From an uncultured archaeon (GTDB lineage Archaea > Asgardarchaeota > Thorarchaeia > Thorarchaeales > Thorarchaeaceae): a stretch of 58,994 nucleotides of DNA. Shown in pieces: positions 1-9,094 of the stretch; position 1 is the first letter of the stretch, and each line of letters begins with the position of its first letter. Location: positions 1-58,994 of the forward strand of contig CAZLEV010000017.1 of NCBI GenBank assembly GCA_964558645.1, read 5' to 3'. Under the pieces are notes generated by a model. That model searched no databases, was not told the DNA's origin, and worked only from the letters and a program-made list of their open reading frames with translations. A program made the position numbers and the translations under genes.

Positions 1-120
1 TATCTCCAGAACAGAGGGGACTATAATCTGGTGGACATGCGCATCCACGACATCAGTGTGGTGGCGGACCTGACGCGGTCCAATCCGAATCCCATCATCA
101 GAGGTGCTGCGCCAATGTAG
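1..120 (+). CDS. Possible 3' end of a gene entering from the left edge (YLQNRGDYNLVDMRIHDISVVADLTRSNPNPIIRGAAPM*)
   Basis: Frame +1 is open from base 1 to TAG at 118-120; too short to assign, overlaps the minus-strand fragment. Confidence 0.25.
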   Translation, partial: YLQNRGDYNLVDMRIHDISVVADLTRSNPNPIIRGAAPM

Positions 121-290
121 AGTGGATGGTTAGGATATGTGTAGAGGCTTGGCATGAGTGCGACGATGTTCTCTCTTACAAAACCAAAGAGGAAGCCTCC
201 CGTGAAGAATACCACCGCCTTCCAGTACCCTCGTGTCAGCCAACTGTGGATGATACAGGGATACAACCTAAGGTCCTCTTGATATCTCAT
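21..290 (-). pseudogene. Fragment resembling a DUF422/CruF-like (carotenoid biosynthesis family) membrane protein
   Basis: Hydrophobic segment IIHSWLTRGYWKAVVFFTGGFLFGFVRENI...LYTYP...IGAAPLMMGFG resembles the N-terminal half of DUF422 proteins, then turns into non-membrane sequence and stops. Confidence 0.35.
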
Positions 291-641
291 CGAAACCACA
301 CATCCGTCATGTGACGACAAACCTACTCTAAAGAGTTGCCTCCGGTTCGTTGACTGACTTCCGCACTGAGTTCTTCGTGATGCTCTACTGCACTCTCCTC
401 CTTCGGGTTCTGTTCTCCCAGAATGGGGCCTGTGTGAAAAGTCGACGATAGGACAGGGATTGACACCATTCACACTAACCGTGCACGAATGTCAAAGGCA
501 TCATCGCTTCTTGTAACTATAATGATTCATGGTTGATGAGTTTCTACACAGAGCCAAATGGAGGATACCCAGGAACCTGTTCTGTATCCTCTGATATGAG
601 AAGAATAGAGAACTCCCTGAACCCAAACGCATACGGCGAAC

Positions 642-1823
642 CTATCGCTGCATCTCGTCACGAAGCCGGGCGGCAGAGAACTCATCCACACGGTCTTTGA
701 CTTCTTCTCTCGCAGTCTGGTGCTTCTCAAGAAAATCCATGACCATTGGTGCAAGTATCTGTTTGCATTCGCCACAGAGAAGGTCACCGCCTGTGCATCT
801 CCTCTCGATGTCAGCCAGGTCTCGGTCATCTGGCATGAAGAGAAACTTGTAGTACTTGAACACAGGACAGATGTAGGGATTGGCTCCAAGTCTTCGCTGC
901 TCCTCTGCCGTGGCTCTTCCGCCGGTAAAGGCATTCATCACCTTTTTCTTCGCCATCTTAGGGGAATCAGTTGTGAAGATGGCCGACATCGGATCTGAAG
1001 CAGACATCTTGCCCCCTTCACCCAGACCCGGAACGAACTTGTTTTGAATAGACGCAGGCTTATAGTAACCTAAACCCTCTGCAACGTCACGGGTTACGCG
1101 CCAGTATGGGTCCTGGTCAATGGCACACGGGATGAGACACGGGGTCTTTTCTCCAACCAGCTCACTGTGTAGGAATGCAGGGACAGCCTGCATAGCAGGA
1201 TACCAGATCCCACCTATGTTCATACTATTGTCAAACCCATAGACGGCCCTTGCAGTGGAGAATGTCACTTTCTTAGCCACCCTTACGGCTATCTCGTACA
1301 AGAGATCGATGTGCTTGATATCGTTGATAATGTAGGTGTCTTCAGGTTCAAAACCAAGCGCAAGAAGGTCAAGTGTGTTCTCGTACGTATACTTGTATAC
1401 ATCCTCCAGCTCCAGCTCAGGGTTGAAAAGAAACTTCTCATCATCAGTCATCTGGAAATAGAGTCGGGTGTCGAATCGCTCTTGAAGCCACTTCGTGAAT
1501 CGCCATGGAATGAGGTGTCCAATGTGTGTGTGACCGCTCGGACCTCTTCCAGTGTAGAGGATGAACTTGTTCCCTTTCTGATACTCCTTCAACAACCAGT
1601 TCAGGTCCCGATGAGAATAGACCAGATCTCGCTCTAGAAGAATGTGCCGCTCCCCTGCAACCCTGTAGAGTTTCTCCTTCAATTCATCAGTTATCCGCTC
1701 AGTCCCGAACTTCTCAATGAGCCTATCGTAGTCAACCTTGCCGCGTACTTCCCATGGTGTGACTACCATTTCTTCGTCATCATTTGACACACGGCTAACC
1801 TCATTTCTGGTATTTTGGTTCAT
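642..1823 (-). CDS. trpS: Tryptophanyl-tRNA synthetase (archaeal/eukaryotic type)
   Basis: VTPWEV, YTGRGPS, HIGH, CAIDQDPYWR and KMSAS motifs. Confidence 0.97.
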   Translation of the reverse strand: MNQNTRNEVSRVSNDDEEMVVTPWEVRGKVDYDRLIEKFGTERITDELKEKLYRVAGERHILLERDLVYSHRDLNWLLKEYQKGNKFILYTGRGPSGHTHIGHLIPWRFTKWLQERFDTRLYFQMTDDEKFLFNPELELEDVYKYTYENTLDLLALGFEPEDTYIINDIKHIDLLYEIAVRVAKKVTFSTARAVYGFDNSMNIGGIWYPAMQAVPAFLHSELVGEKTPCLIPCAIDQDPYWRVTRDVAEGLGYYKPASIQNKFVPGLGEGGKMSASDPMSAIFTTDSPKMAKKKVMNAFTGGRATAEEQRRLGANPYICPVFKYYKFLFMPDDRDLADIERRCTGGDLLCGECKQILAPMVMDFLEKHQTAREEVKDRVDEFSAARLRDEMQR

Positions 1824-2023
1824 GATGAACCAGTCAATTCCGATGTTCGAAGAAGCATGAAATTAAAGTTGCTGGTCATGAGAAGGCTTTTCTGTTAGTA
1901 CTCTGACTTTCACCGATTGGCAGAAGTTATCGGATCCTTGTTGAGAACAAGGTTCGGCTGACATCTATGATAGAGCCGCAACAGCGATACTTGAGATACA
2001 GGTGCGAGTGGTGATACTGATAG

Positions 2024-2683
2024 TCACCTGAATGAGGCTTTGCGTTGCATCTCTGGAATCCGGATGTTCGTCTTTCCCATGAACACATCTCGGAGTAGCT
2101 CAAAATGCTCATCCAGATCCTTCAACAACTTCTCAAGAGCCTGTGGTTCGATGTTCGGCTCCGCAGTCCAGATGGTGAGATAGTTGCTGACAACTCCAAC
2201 CTCTATTCCGCCCTCCTCAAGGTCTCTGAATATTGTGATCTTCACAAGGAACTCGGACTCGAACATATTAAGGATGTCATGAATGCTCATCACAATGAGA
2301 TCTAGAAAGCCAACCAGATCGTCGATTTCGGGTGATTCATTCGCGTTTCCACGGAGCGACTCCGTGAAGGTCTGGATTGTGGATGTCTTTTGTCTGAGAC
2401 TCTCGAACATCTTCATGAGTTTGGTGAACTGCTTGATTGATGACTCAAGAGCTGGAACAAGCTTATCGTACAGATTGACCAGAAGTTTTCCTCGTGCGTT
2501 CTCACGGATATTGTTGAATCCCGATAGTTTACCCAAGGGACCGTCTAGATGTTCAATCTGAACAAGTGTGTTTGTAACGGCCTGAATGCCCTTTACTGAG
2601 CTTCGCTGAATCTTAGTCCAGCGTTCAACGAAGGTGTCTATGCCCTCGCGGAGTTCATCCAGAACCTCAAGCTCTTGGGACAT
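2024..2683 (-). CDS. All-helical protein, candidate CINP/C1orf109 (AIRIM)-like
   Basis: 219 aa helical ORF; C-terminal ILNMFESEFLVKITIFRDL...NYLTIWTAEPNIE matches the recalled CINP/C1orf109 C-terminal pattern. Confidence 0.6.
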   Translation of the reverse strand: MSQELEVLDELREGIDTFVERWTKIQRSSVKGIQAVTNTLVQIEHLDGPLGKLSGFNNIRENARGKLLVNLYDKLVPALESSIKQFTKLMKMFESLRQKTSTIQTFTESLRGNANESPEIDDLVGFLDLIVMSIHDILNMFESEFLVKITIFRDLEEGGIEVGVVSNYLTIWTAEPNIEPQALEKLLKDLDEHFELLRDVFMGKTNIRIPEMQRKASFR

Positions 2684-2828
2684 TTCGTATTCTCCGATAG
2701 GTAAGCTCTCGAATGCATTTATAATTCATTCTGCGGGGGCATTTCACAAAAACCGAGTCCTCTTTGCACGGACTATCCTTTTCTATCATCTTCTGGCATT
2801 GATATGACATCTTTCGGTCACAGAGGCC

Positions 2829-3389
2829 TTAATCAGATTCCTGACTCGCTCGAAGGGAGTTATAGCCTTGTAGAAGGTCTGAACGGGTGATTATTCCTGA
2901 TAGCCTGCCACCAGTCACCACTAAGACCGCTTGGAAGGTATCAAAGAGCTGCAGAATCCAGGATATAGGTGTGGCCTCATCCACCTGTGGAGGAGCCATC
3001 GTTTCCATTACCGCTTGAACCGAGAGCTGGTTTAAATCGTGACTGAGATTTCTGATAATATCTCGCTCGGTGATCATCCCCACAAGATTGCGCCCCCGAA
3101 CCACAGGAAGCTGCGAGAACCCCTTCTGCAGCATTATCCTGACAACATCAGAGGCGCTATCACGAGCATCTACAGTGACTGGGTTCTGAGTCATCACCTC
3201 CGAACACCTGATGGAGTAACCAGCCAATACCTCATAGATTTTCGTCACAATAGAGAGCTTGGGATCAAGGTCGCCAGTTTCCACTCGGGCTACATATGAT
3301 TGTGACACACCGACCACTTCGGCCAGTTCTTTCTGTGTCATTCTTGCGCGTTTGCGAAGGCTTGCGATACTCTCTGTGCTAAGGGCCAT
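2829..3389 (-). CDS. XRE-type HTH transcription regulator with a C-terminal CBS pair (COG3620-like)
   Basis: LRKRARMTQKELAEVVGVSQSYVARVETG HTH; CBS motifs FSQLPVV..LVGMITERD and LSGIITRSDLL. Confidence 0.93.
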   Translation of the reverse strand: MALSTESIASLRKRARMTQKELAEVVGVSQSYVARVETGDLDPKLSIVTKIYEVLAGYSIRCSEVMTQNPVTVDARDSASDVVRIMLQKGFSQLPVVRGRNLVGMITERDIIRNLSHDLNQLSVQAVMETMAPPQVDEATPISWILQLFDTFQAVLVVTGGRLSGIITRSDLLQGYNSLRASQESD

Positions 3390-3401
3390 ATTGCATCAAA
3401 C

Positions 3402-3449
3402 AATTACTATTGGTAATTTGAAATCTCAAATCAATTATCTACAGTAATT
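3402..3449. promoter_or_regulatory. Two palindromic boxes AATTAY-N5-GTAATT (3402-3418, 3433-3449) between the divergent HTH-CBS and mat genes
   Basis: AATTAC-tattg-GTAATT and AATTAT-ctaca-GTAATT, 31 bp apart; TATA-like cttatat at about 3461. Confidence 0.7.
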
Positions 3450-3510
3450 CGCTCAATAGACTTATATGTTCCGATTTGGGGCCGCCCAAGTCAGCAACGA
3501 GTTGATTATC

Positions 3511-4707
3511 ATGATACAAGTCACACGCGGAGATGGCCGCTGCATCTCAGAACGAGAAGTGGAGATTGTTGAAAGAAAGGGCAAAGGCCATCCTGATACC
3601 TTATGCGATAAGGCAGCAGAAGAGTTGTCTGTTCGTCTGAGCGAATATTATCTAGAAACATTTGGGAGAGTACAGCACCATAATGTGGACAAGGTCCTCC
3701 TAGTTGGTGGCCAATCGAATGCAAGATTCGGAGGCGGCGATGTCATTGAGCCGATCTACCTTCTTCTGAGCGGAAGAGCAGTGGACGTGGTAGACAAAGA
3801 CTACGAAAGGCAGGTGCCTGTGGGGAAGTTTGCTGTTGAACATACTCGCCGCTGGCTGAGTGATGATCTTCCACACCTTGATGTGAACAGTGACCTCATC
3901 GTCGATTACAAGATAAGAGCCGGTAGCACCGACCTCGTTGGTAACTTCGACGTAGAACGAGAGATACCTCGAGCTAACGATACAAGTTTTGGAGTAGCAT
4001 ATGGACCTCTATCAGCCACTGAGAAACTCGTTCTGGAGTCTGAAAGGCTTCTTAACGAGGCCAAGACAAAGAAGAAGTGGCCGCAGATTGGTGAGGATAT
4101 AAAGGTCATGGGCACAAGAACCAACGAGAACATCTACTTGCAAGTGGCCGCCGCAATCATCTCCACCGAAACCAAAGACGCACACGAATATGCTAATGTC
4201 ATGGAAGGCATAGAGGACTTGTTGTTAGACCTCGCCCCCAAGGTTACCGACTTGCCAGTCGAAGTTGCGGTTAATACTGCGGACTGTCCCGAAGAGGGCC
4301 TGTTCTATCTGACTGTAACAGGCACATCAGCTGAGCATGGTGATGATGGACAGGTCGGCAGAGGTAATCGTGCAAATGGACTGATCACGCCGTACCGCCC
4401 GATGACTCTTGAGGCTGCAGCCGGAAAGAATCCGGTTTCTCATGTTGGAAAGACCTACAACGTTGCCGCCAAGGAGATTGTTGATCGGCTGGTTGAGGAA
4501 CATTCAGAGGTAGAACAGATCTACTGCTATATGGTCAGTCAGATTGGTGCACCAATAACTGAGCCACGAGCAGTGAATGTTGAGCTATATGGTGATTGTG
4601 ATATCAGTAGTATCCGAAGCTCGGTTGAGAGCATAGCTGAAGAAGTGATTGCAAAGCTACCTGATGTCTGGAAGGGCTTTGTAAAGAGAGAGTACCAACT
4701 CTGGTAG
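3511..4707 (+). CDS. mat: Archaeal S-adenosylmethionine synthetase (methionine adenosyltransferase)
   Basis: [51 protein letters not shown]; ATG 3511 preferred over 3466. Confidence 0.96.
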   Translation: MIQVTRGDGRCISEREVEIVERKGKGHPDTLCDKAAEELSVRLSEYYLETFGRVQHHNVDKVLLVGGQSNARFGGGDVIEPIYLLLSGRAVDVVDKDYERQVPVGKFAVEHTRRWLSDDLPHLDVNSDLIVDYKIRAGSTDLVGNFDVEREIPRANDTSFGVAYGPLSATEKLVLESERLLNEAKTKKKWPQIGEDIKVMGTRTNENIYLQVAAAIISTETKDAHEYANVMEGIEDLLLDLAPKVTDLPVEVAVNTADCPEEGLFYLTVTGTSAEHGDDGQVGRGNRANGLITPYRPMTLEAAAGKNPVSHVGKTYNVAAKEIVDRLVEEHSEVEQIYCYMVSQIGAPITEPRAVNVELYGDCDISSIRSSVESIAEEVIAKLPDVWKGFVKREYQLW

Positions 4708-4811
4708 ATTAGGAAATGAATACGAGGTCCCACTGGGACCTCACCCAACTGTTCTCTTGATGGAGAAAAAACCAATTCGACAACCAATAATAGAATGAGG
4801 CTTGGAGTTCA

Positions 4812-5210
4812 TTGACAGTGAAGCGTCGTTGTTTCGATAATGAGGAAATGCTCTCCGCCATCATGCTAGCCGAGATGGGCAGCGAAGAAGAGGCTAAGGA
4901 AAACGCTGAGAAGATGGCATGTTGCCCCAAGGCAATACTCACAGGAGTAACGGGCTCCACAGCTGTGATGGTCTTTGTCGTCCCTCATTCCCAGAGATGG
5001 TGGCTTGAAGGACCAGAGGATGCCCCCGATCTCATAGGGGCTCAATCGGTCAAAGTGATATACGTTGAACAAACGATCTCTCGAGTTATGAGAGTAGATC
5101 ACACTGAGGACATGAGATTCGATGCACCCCCCTGTGGGTCCAGTTGTGTAGGCTGCCCAATGAAGGAGAAACATGGATGTCCAGGATGCCTTGCAGTTCA
5201 ACATGATTGA
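4812..5210 (+). CDS. Hypothetical protein with C-terminal Cys cluster (CxxxCxxC...CxxC), possible metal/Fe-S binding
   Basis: PPCGSSCVGCPMKEKHGCPGCLA; start codon uncertain. Confidence 0.6.
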   Translation: MTVKRRCFDNEEMLSAIMLAEMGSEEEAKENAEKMACCPKAILTGVTGSTAVMVFVVPHSQRWWLEGPEDAPDLIGAQSVKVIYVEQTISRVMRVDHTEDMRFDAPPCGSSCVGCPMKEKHGCPGCLAVQHD

Positions 5211-5361
5211 GAGTCATTGCATGATTACTGGTCACAATCGGTGCAGCCAGAATGCGTCTCTCTTGTTCCATGATTACCGACCAGAAGAAGCGAACTCAGT
5301 ACGACAGGGAGATAGTGAACTTTTTTTTGCTCTGATAGTCAGGGGAACGCGATGAACTGAA

Positions 5362-6075
5362 ATGAACCAAGAGAAGACTGGTAAAATCATTGTTATCACC
5401 GGCGGGTCTAGTGGTATCGGGAAGGAGATTGCGCTGGAGATGGCCAGAGATTCCCATTCATTCTTCTTAGTCGGAAGAACTCGAAGCAAGCTAGAAAAGG
5501 CAAAAGAAGAGATTGAGAAGGAGGGCGCCGAAGTCATGTTCTCCGTAGGAGACGTCTCGGTGGAGAAGGACGTCGAACGAATCTATGAAGAAGCTATGAA
5601 TGAGTTTGGGACCATTGATGTTCTGGTTGCAAATGCGGGCGTCGGACATTTCGGCAATCTCGAAGACATGACAATAGAGCAGTACGATCAACAGATGGAC
5701 ACGAATGTTAGAGGCGTGTTTCTCTGGCTTAGAAAGGTCTTACCGTTGATGAAAGAAAGGAATGAGGGACAGATAATTGTGACATCATCAAACTTGGGGC
5801 TCGAAACTTCACCTAGGGCAAGTATCTATTCGGCCACGAAACATGCAGTTCAAGCGATGGTCTGGTCGCTCCGCAAGGAACTAGCAGGAACGATGGTCAA
5901 AGCAGCCACCATCAATCCGGGTTCGGTCGCCACACCTTGGTTCGACGGCAAGGATGTAGACCCATCAAAAATGCTTACAGCACGAGATGTAGCAAAGGCA
6001 GTTCGACTGATAATCGACCAGTCAGAAACAAGTGACATCGACCACATCCACTTGCTGCCTAGCAGAAGAGACTGA
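5362..6075 (+). CDS. Short-chain dehydrogenase/reductase (SDR)
   Basis: TGGSSGIG, ANAG, YSATK, INPG motifs. Confidence 0.95.
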   Translation: MNQEKTGKIIVITGGSSGIGKEIALEMARDSHSFFLVGRTRSKLEKAKEEIEKEGAEVMFSVGDVSVEKDVERIYEEAMNEFGTIDVLVANAGVGHFGNLEDMTIEQYDQQMDTNVRGVFLWLRKVLPLMKERNEGQIIVTSSNLGLETSPRASIYSATKHAVQAMVWSLRKELAGTMVKAATINPGSVATPWFDGKDVDPSKMLTARDVAKAVRLIIDQSETSDIDHIHLLPSRRD

Positions 6076-6090
6076 TTCTACAATGAATTG

Positions 6091-6131
6091 AATAAAGAAA
6101 AGAGCAAGAGGCCGGCACGAGTACCAGCCTC
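6091..6131 (-). terminator. Hairpin plus pyrimidine tract downstream of the PAC2 gene
   Basis: gaggccgg...ccagcctc imperfect stem, followed on the minus strand by cttttctttatt. Confidence 0.45.
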
Positions 6132-6149
6132 ATCATCAAATGCTTAGTC

Positions 6150-6932
6150 TTAGGCATATAGCCGTTGGAATTCTTCGCCTTGGCTCTGAGCCTGCTGCTT
6201 GCGCATGCCATCTACTTGCTCTGCCATCTCGCGAAGTCGCCTGCGAATATCCTCGGCCTGCTCCTCCAGCTTGGATACGTCTATGTCAATATCGTACAGT
6301 TCTGCAAGACCCTTCAAGACCATTGAGGCGCCCTTTGGATCCGGCATCACTGCAACTGCGTGTGTCAAAAGGGCAAACCCCACCATCTTGTGTGTGAGAG
6401 TCTCCGAGAGGATCGACCCCGCAATACCAGTGATGATGCCTTTCTTGAGCATCTCCATCCCATCTATCTCAGAGAGGTCCTTCATCTTCTCAACCTCCGA
6501 GGCATAGAGAATCTTCCGATCTGAGGGGATACCCCCTACTGGAATGCCATCAAGAATCACGGTCTCCTCCACGCCTTGAGACTTCGCCCAGTCGAGCAGG
6601 CACGAACTCACATGATACATTCCTTGCTGAGCGACTGGAACCTCTGCGGTGACAACAATCAAGTTGTGTTCATCAGAAGCATGGATTCTAAAGGGATGTT
6701 TCAGTTGGCCCTCAAGGAATACAGCTGCTGATGGAATGAATCTGGATCGCACAAATGCAACTTGTTCCATCTCAAATTGCTCAATGATTGTGTTCGCAGC
6801 TATAGTTCCGACTAGTCCACTGGACGGAAAGCCGCAAATCATCAGAGGCTTCTCAGCCTTGATCTCCTTCACTTGGACTACTTTTGCGTCGGGTGCACCA
6901 AGACCACCTTCGCATTCAGTTTTGTTATTCAT
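6150..6932 (-). CDS. Proteasome assembly chaperone PAC2 family (PbaA/PbaB-like) with C-terminal HbYX motif
   Basis: GFPSSGLVGTIAA, HPFRI, PDPKGA, IDVSKLEEQAEDI; ends in LYA. Confidence 0.93.
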   Translation of the reverse strand: MNNKTECEGGLGAPDAKVVQVKEIKAEKPLMICGFPSSGLVGTIAANTIIEQFEMEQVAFVRSRFIPSAAVFLEGQLKHPFRIHASDEHNLIVVTAEVPVAQQGMYHVSSCLLDWAKSQGVEETVILDGIPVGGIPSDRKILYASEVEKMKDLSEIDGMEMLKKGIITGIAGSILSETLTHKMVGFALLTHAVAVMPDPKGASMVLKGLAELYDIDIDVSKLEEQAEDIRRRLREMAEQVDGMRKQQAQSQGEEFQRLYA

Positions 6933-7073
6933 GAGGCGTTGTTCTCCATCATTAACTATAGTTTCAAGCTATTATTAGTCTATGGCTACCCGAAGGACGG
7001 TGGTCGACCACACAGCACAACGCCATACTTCGCATATCCCAGCTCTCTTAAGGCCCCTCTGTAACTTAACAAT

Positions 7074-7382
7074 ATGCAAGACTTGATAATGAATTGGTAT
7101 TTCATAGCTTTCATCGCAGTGATCTTCGTGGTCCTTGTTGGATACCTGATCTATACGTCCATCATACGGGGCCCGGCGGTAAGACCTGAAACCAAGAGAG
7201 CGGTACGAGCAAATCCGCAAGACTCAGCGACATCACAAGCTGTAGGAGCAGAGAGCACGTACACACCCGGTCAACGGGTGTCGACAGCACAACCTCTGCC
7301 ACTACATGGCAAAGAAGAGCGAGAACCTACGTCTTCCTTCGATGACTATACCGAAGAGGAAACGTCTTCTAACGAAGAGTAG
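7074..7382 (+). CDS. Small single-pass membrane protein with low-complexity acidic tail
   Basis: N-terminal hydrophobic helix WYFIAFIAVIFVVLVGYLIY; followed by a terminator-like hairpin. Confidence 0.65.
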   Translation: MQDLIMNWYFIAFIAVIFVVLVGYLIYTSIIRGPAVRPETKRAVRANPQDSATSQAVGAESTYTPGQRVSTAQPLPLHGKEEREPTSSFDDYTEEETSSNEE

Positions 7383-7400
7383 AGAATCCGAAACGCGTTG

Positions 7401-7455
7401 AGGGAACAGAACCGTATGCCTAGTTGAATGCGGTTCGATCTCTTTCCCTTTTTTT
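7401..7455 (+). terminator. Hairpin plus T-tract
   Basis: agggaa..gaaccg...cggttc..ttccct followed by a T run. Confidence 0.55.
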
Positions 7456-7698
7456 GAATGAGTCTGTCTTTTCCTTTGCAGATTCGGAGAGACCAAGCTT
7501 CTTTGCACTATTTTTGCGATCGGACTACAGAGGCAGCGTGCATGAGGACGCGAAACATGGCAGCCGTAGTTCATTTTGAACAAAAGCGTAGCAATTAGCA
7601 TGGTTTCCAGTACGATTGTTTTTAAGGAAACAGTACATGTGCGTACCCAGCACAACCTGACTGGATAGGTTGCATAACTTGTTTGGAGATAAAATGAG

Positions 7699-8259
7699 AT
7701 GGGCAAAGTAAAAGACCCAATTGCCAAGCGCATCAGAGGGAAGGCAGCCAAGGACATCAAAGGCGGCATCTTCGGTAAGATAACCCACTATATTCCCGGG
7801 TGGCACGGCTATCAAGAGAAAGAGGAGAGACGTGCGGCGGACAAGGTCCTTCGAGAGTTCCTCGCGGACCAGCTTCGTCTTGTGAAGCAGGATCTCGAGA
7901 AGCTTCAGATGATGGTTGTCGACTATGACCTCACAAAGACGTGGGAGACCTTCGACAGAATGCTTGCCCTGGCAGATAAGATCGAGTCGTCAATTCGCTA
8001 CGCAGATTACGGCTACGCATCTTGGGGTTCAAAGGAAAAGATCAATGAAAAAGAGCTCGACAGAATGTACGAGTTCGATGCAACAATCATTGAGGACATC
8101 GGTCGGATAAATGATGTTGCAGAGAATTTCCTTGACGACATGAACCAAGGCAAGTTCGATGATGCCTGGCAGTACACTTATCGTATGTGGCAGATCATGC
8201 AGCGCCTCGAAGAGAAATGGAACCAGCGTGAGGGCTACATGAAGGGTTATCAAGACTAG
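7699..8259 (+). CDS. Conserved helical hypothetical protein
   Basis: 186 aa ORF with IPGWHGYQEKEERRAADKVLREFLA and IRYADYGY motifs; clean terminator downstream. Confidence 0.8.
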   Translation: MGKVKDPIAKRIRGKAAKDIKGGIFGKITHYIPGWHGYQEKEERRAADKVLREFLADQLRLVKQDLEKLQMMVVDYDLTKTWETFDRMLALADKIESSIRYADYGYASWGSKEKINEKELDRMYEFDATIIEDIGRINDVAENFLDDMNQGKFDDAWQYTYRMWQIMQRLEEKWNQREGYMKGYQD

Positions 8260-8269
8260 ACCAAACTAG

Positions 8270-8307
8270 GTTGGGGACATGTCCCCAACATCTTCTCTTT
8301 TTCTTTC
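8270..8307 (+). terminator. Perfect 20-bp palindrome GTTGGGGACATGTCCCCAAC plus pyrimidine tract
   Basis: Seen directly, 10 nt after the 7699..8259 stop codon. Confidence 0.7.
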
Positions 8308-8353
8308 GGAGTGATAAGATTCACGCCCGGCAATAGACCGCAGGTCGTGGACG

Positions 8354-9046
8354 TCAACCCACTGTTGTTCCGCAGTACTGACAGGTCACCTTCTTACCTC
8401 TACTGAGGTTCTCTGCCATCTCAACGTCGTATTTCGAGCCACAGACTGGGCACAGCCAGACTCGCATATCACTTGGCTGCCCCTTGGTTATGTCAACGCT
8501 GACCTCCTCTGCGAGCTTCTCAACCCATTCAACGTATGTTGTGTGGTTGAGAGACGAAAAGATGTCACGGGCTTCACTCAAGAGTGGACGAATCTCGTCA
8601 AGACGTCCTAGACCACGATAGGCCTTAGCCAGACCGAAAGAATTCCACGCGATGTACCATTTACTCGCAACTCTTCGAGCCTCTTCGAGTCCCTCGTGAT
8701 AGTGTTTTGCTGCAGAGTCATAATCCATGTGATATGACGCAATCTCGCCAAGACCCCAGCTTGCTGCTGCACGGTACATGCCAAGGTTGTTTGCTCTCGC
8801 CAAATCCATGAGCTCGCCGTAGTACCCCTCTGCCTTCTTCAAGTCACGCAGATTGAGATAGCTATCGGCCATCACTCTCAGTGCCTCTGCAGCTCGAGCG
8901 ACCAGCCCCTCCTTCTTGAATCGCTTCCGAGCCTTCTCTGCATGTTCTCTGCTCTTCTTGTAGTCACCCGCTTGGAATAGAGTATAGGATTGTTGCAGGT
9001 GCTTCTCTCCATCTTGCGACATATGTGAAGACTGGTTTTCCGACAT
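8354..9046 (-). CDS. TPR-repeat protein with C-terminal zinc ribbon
   Basis: Repeated A..L..LG/A helical pattern; CPVCG...CQYCG; likely start at the second Met. Confidence 0.85.
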   Translation of the reverse strand: MSENQSSHMSQDGEKHLQQSYTLFQAGDYKKSREHAEKARKRFKKEGLVARAAEALRVMADSYLNLRDLKKAEGYYGELMDLARANNLGMYRAAASWGLGEIASYHMDYDSAAKHYHEGLEEARRVASKWYIAWNSFGLAKAYRGLGRLDEIRPLLSEARDIFSSLNHTTYVEWVEKLAEEVSVDITKGQPSDMRVWLCPVCGSKYDVEMAENLSRGKKVTCQYCGTTVG

Positions 9047-9094
9047 ATAAAGGGCGTGAATCTAGGGATAGTTGTGGGGTCTATTCTCGCCTCA

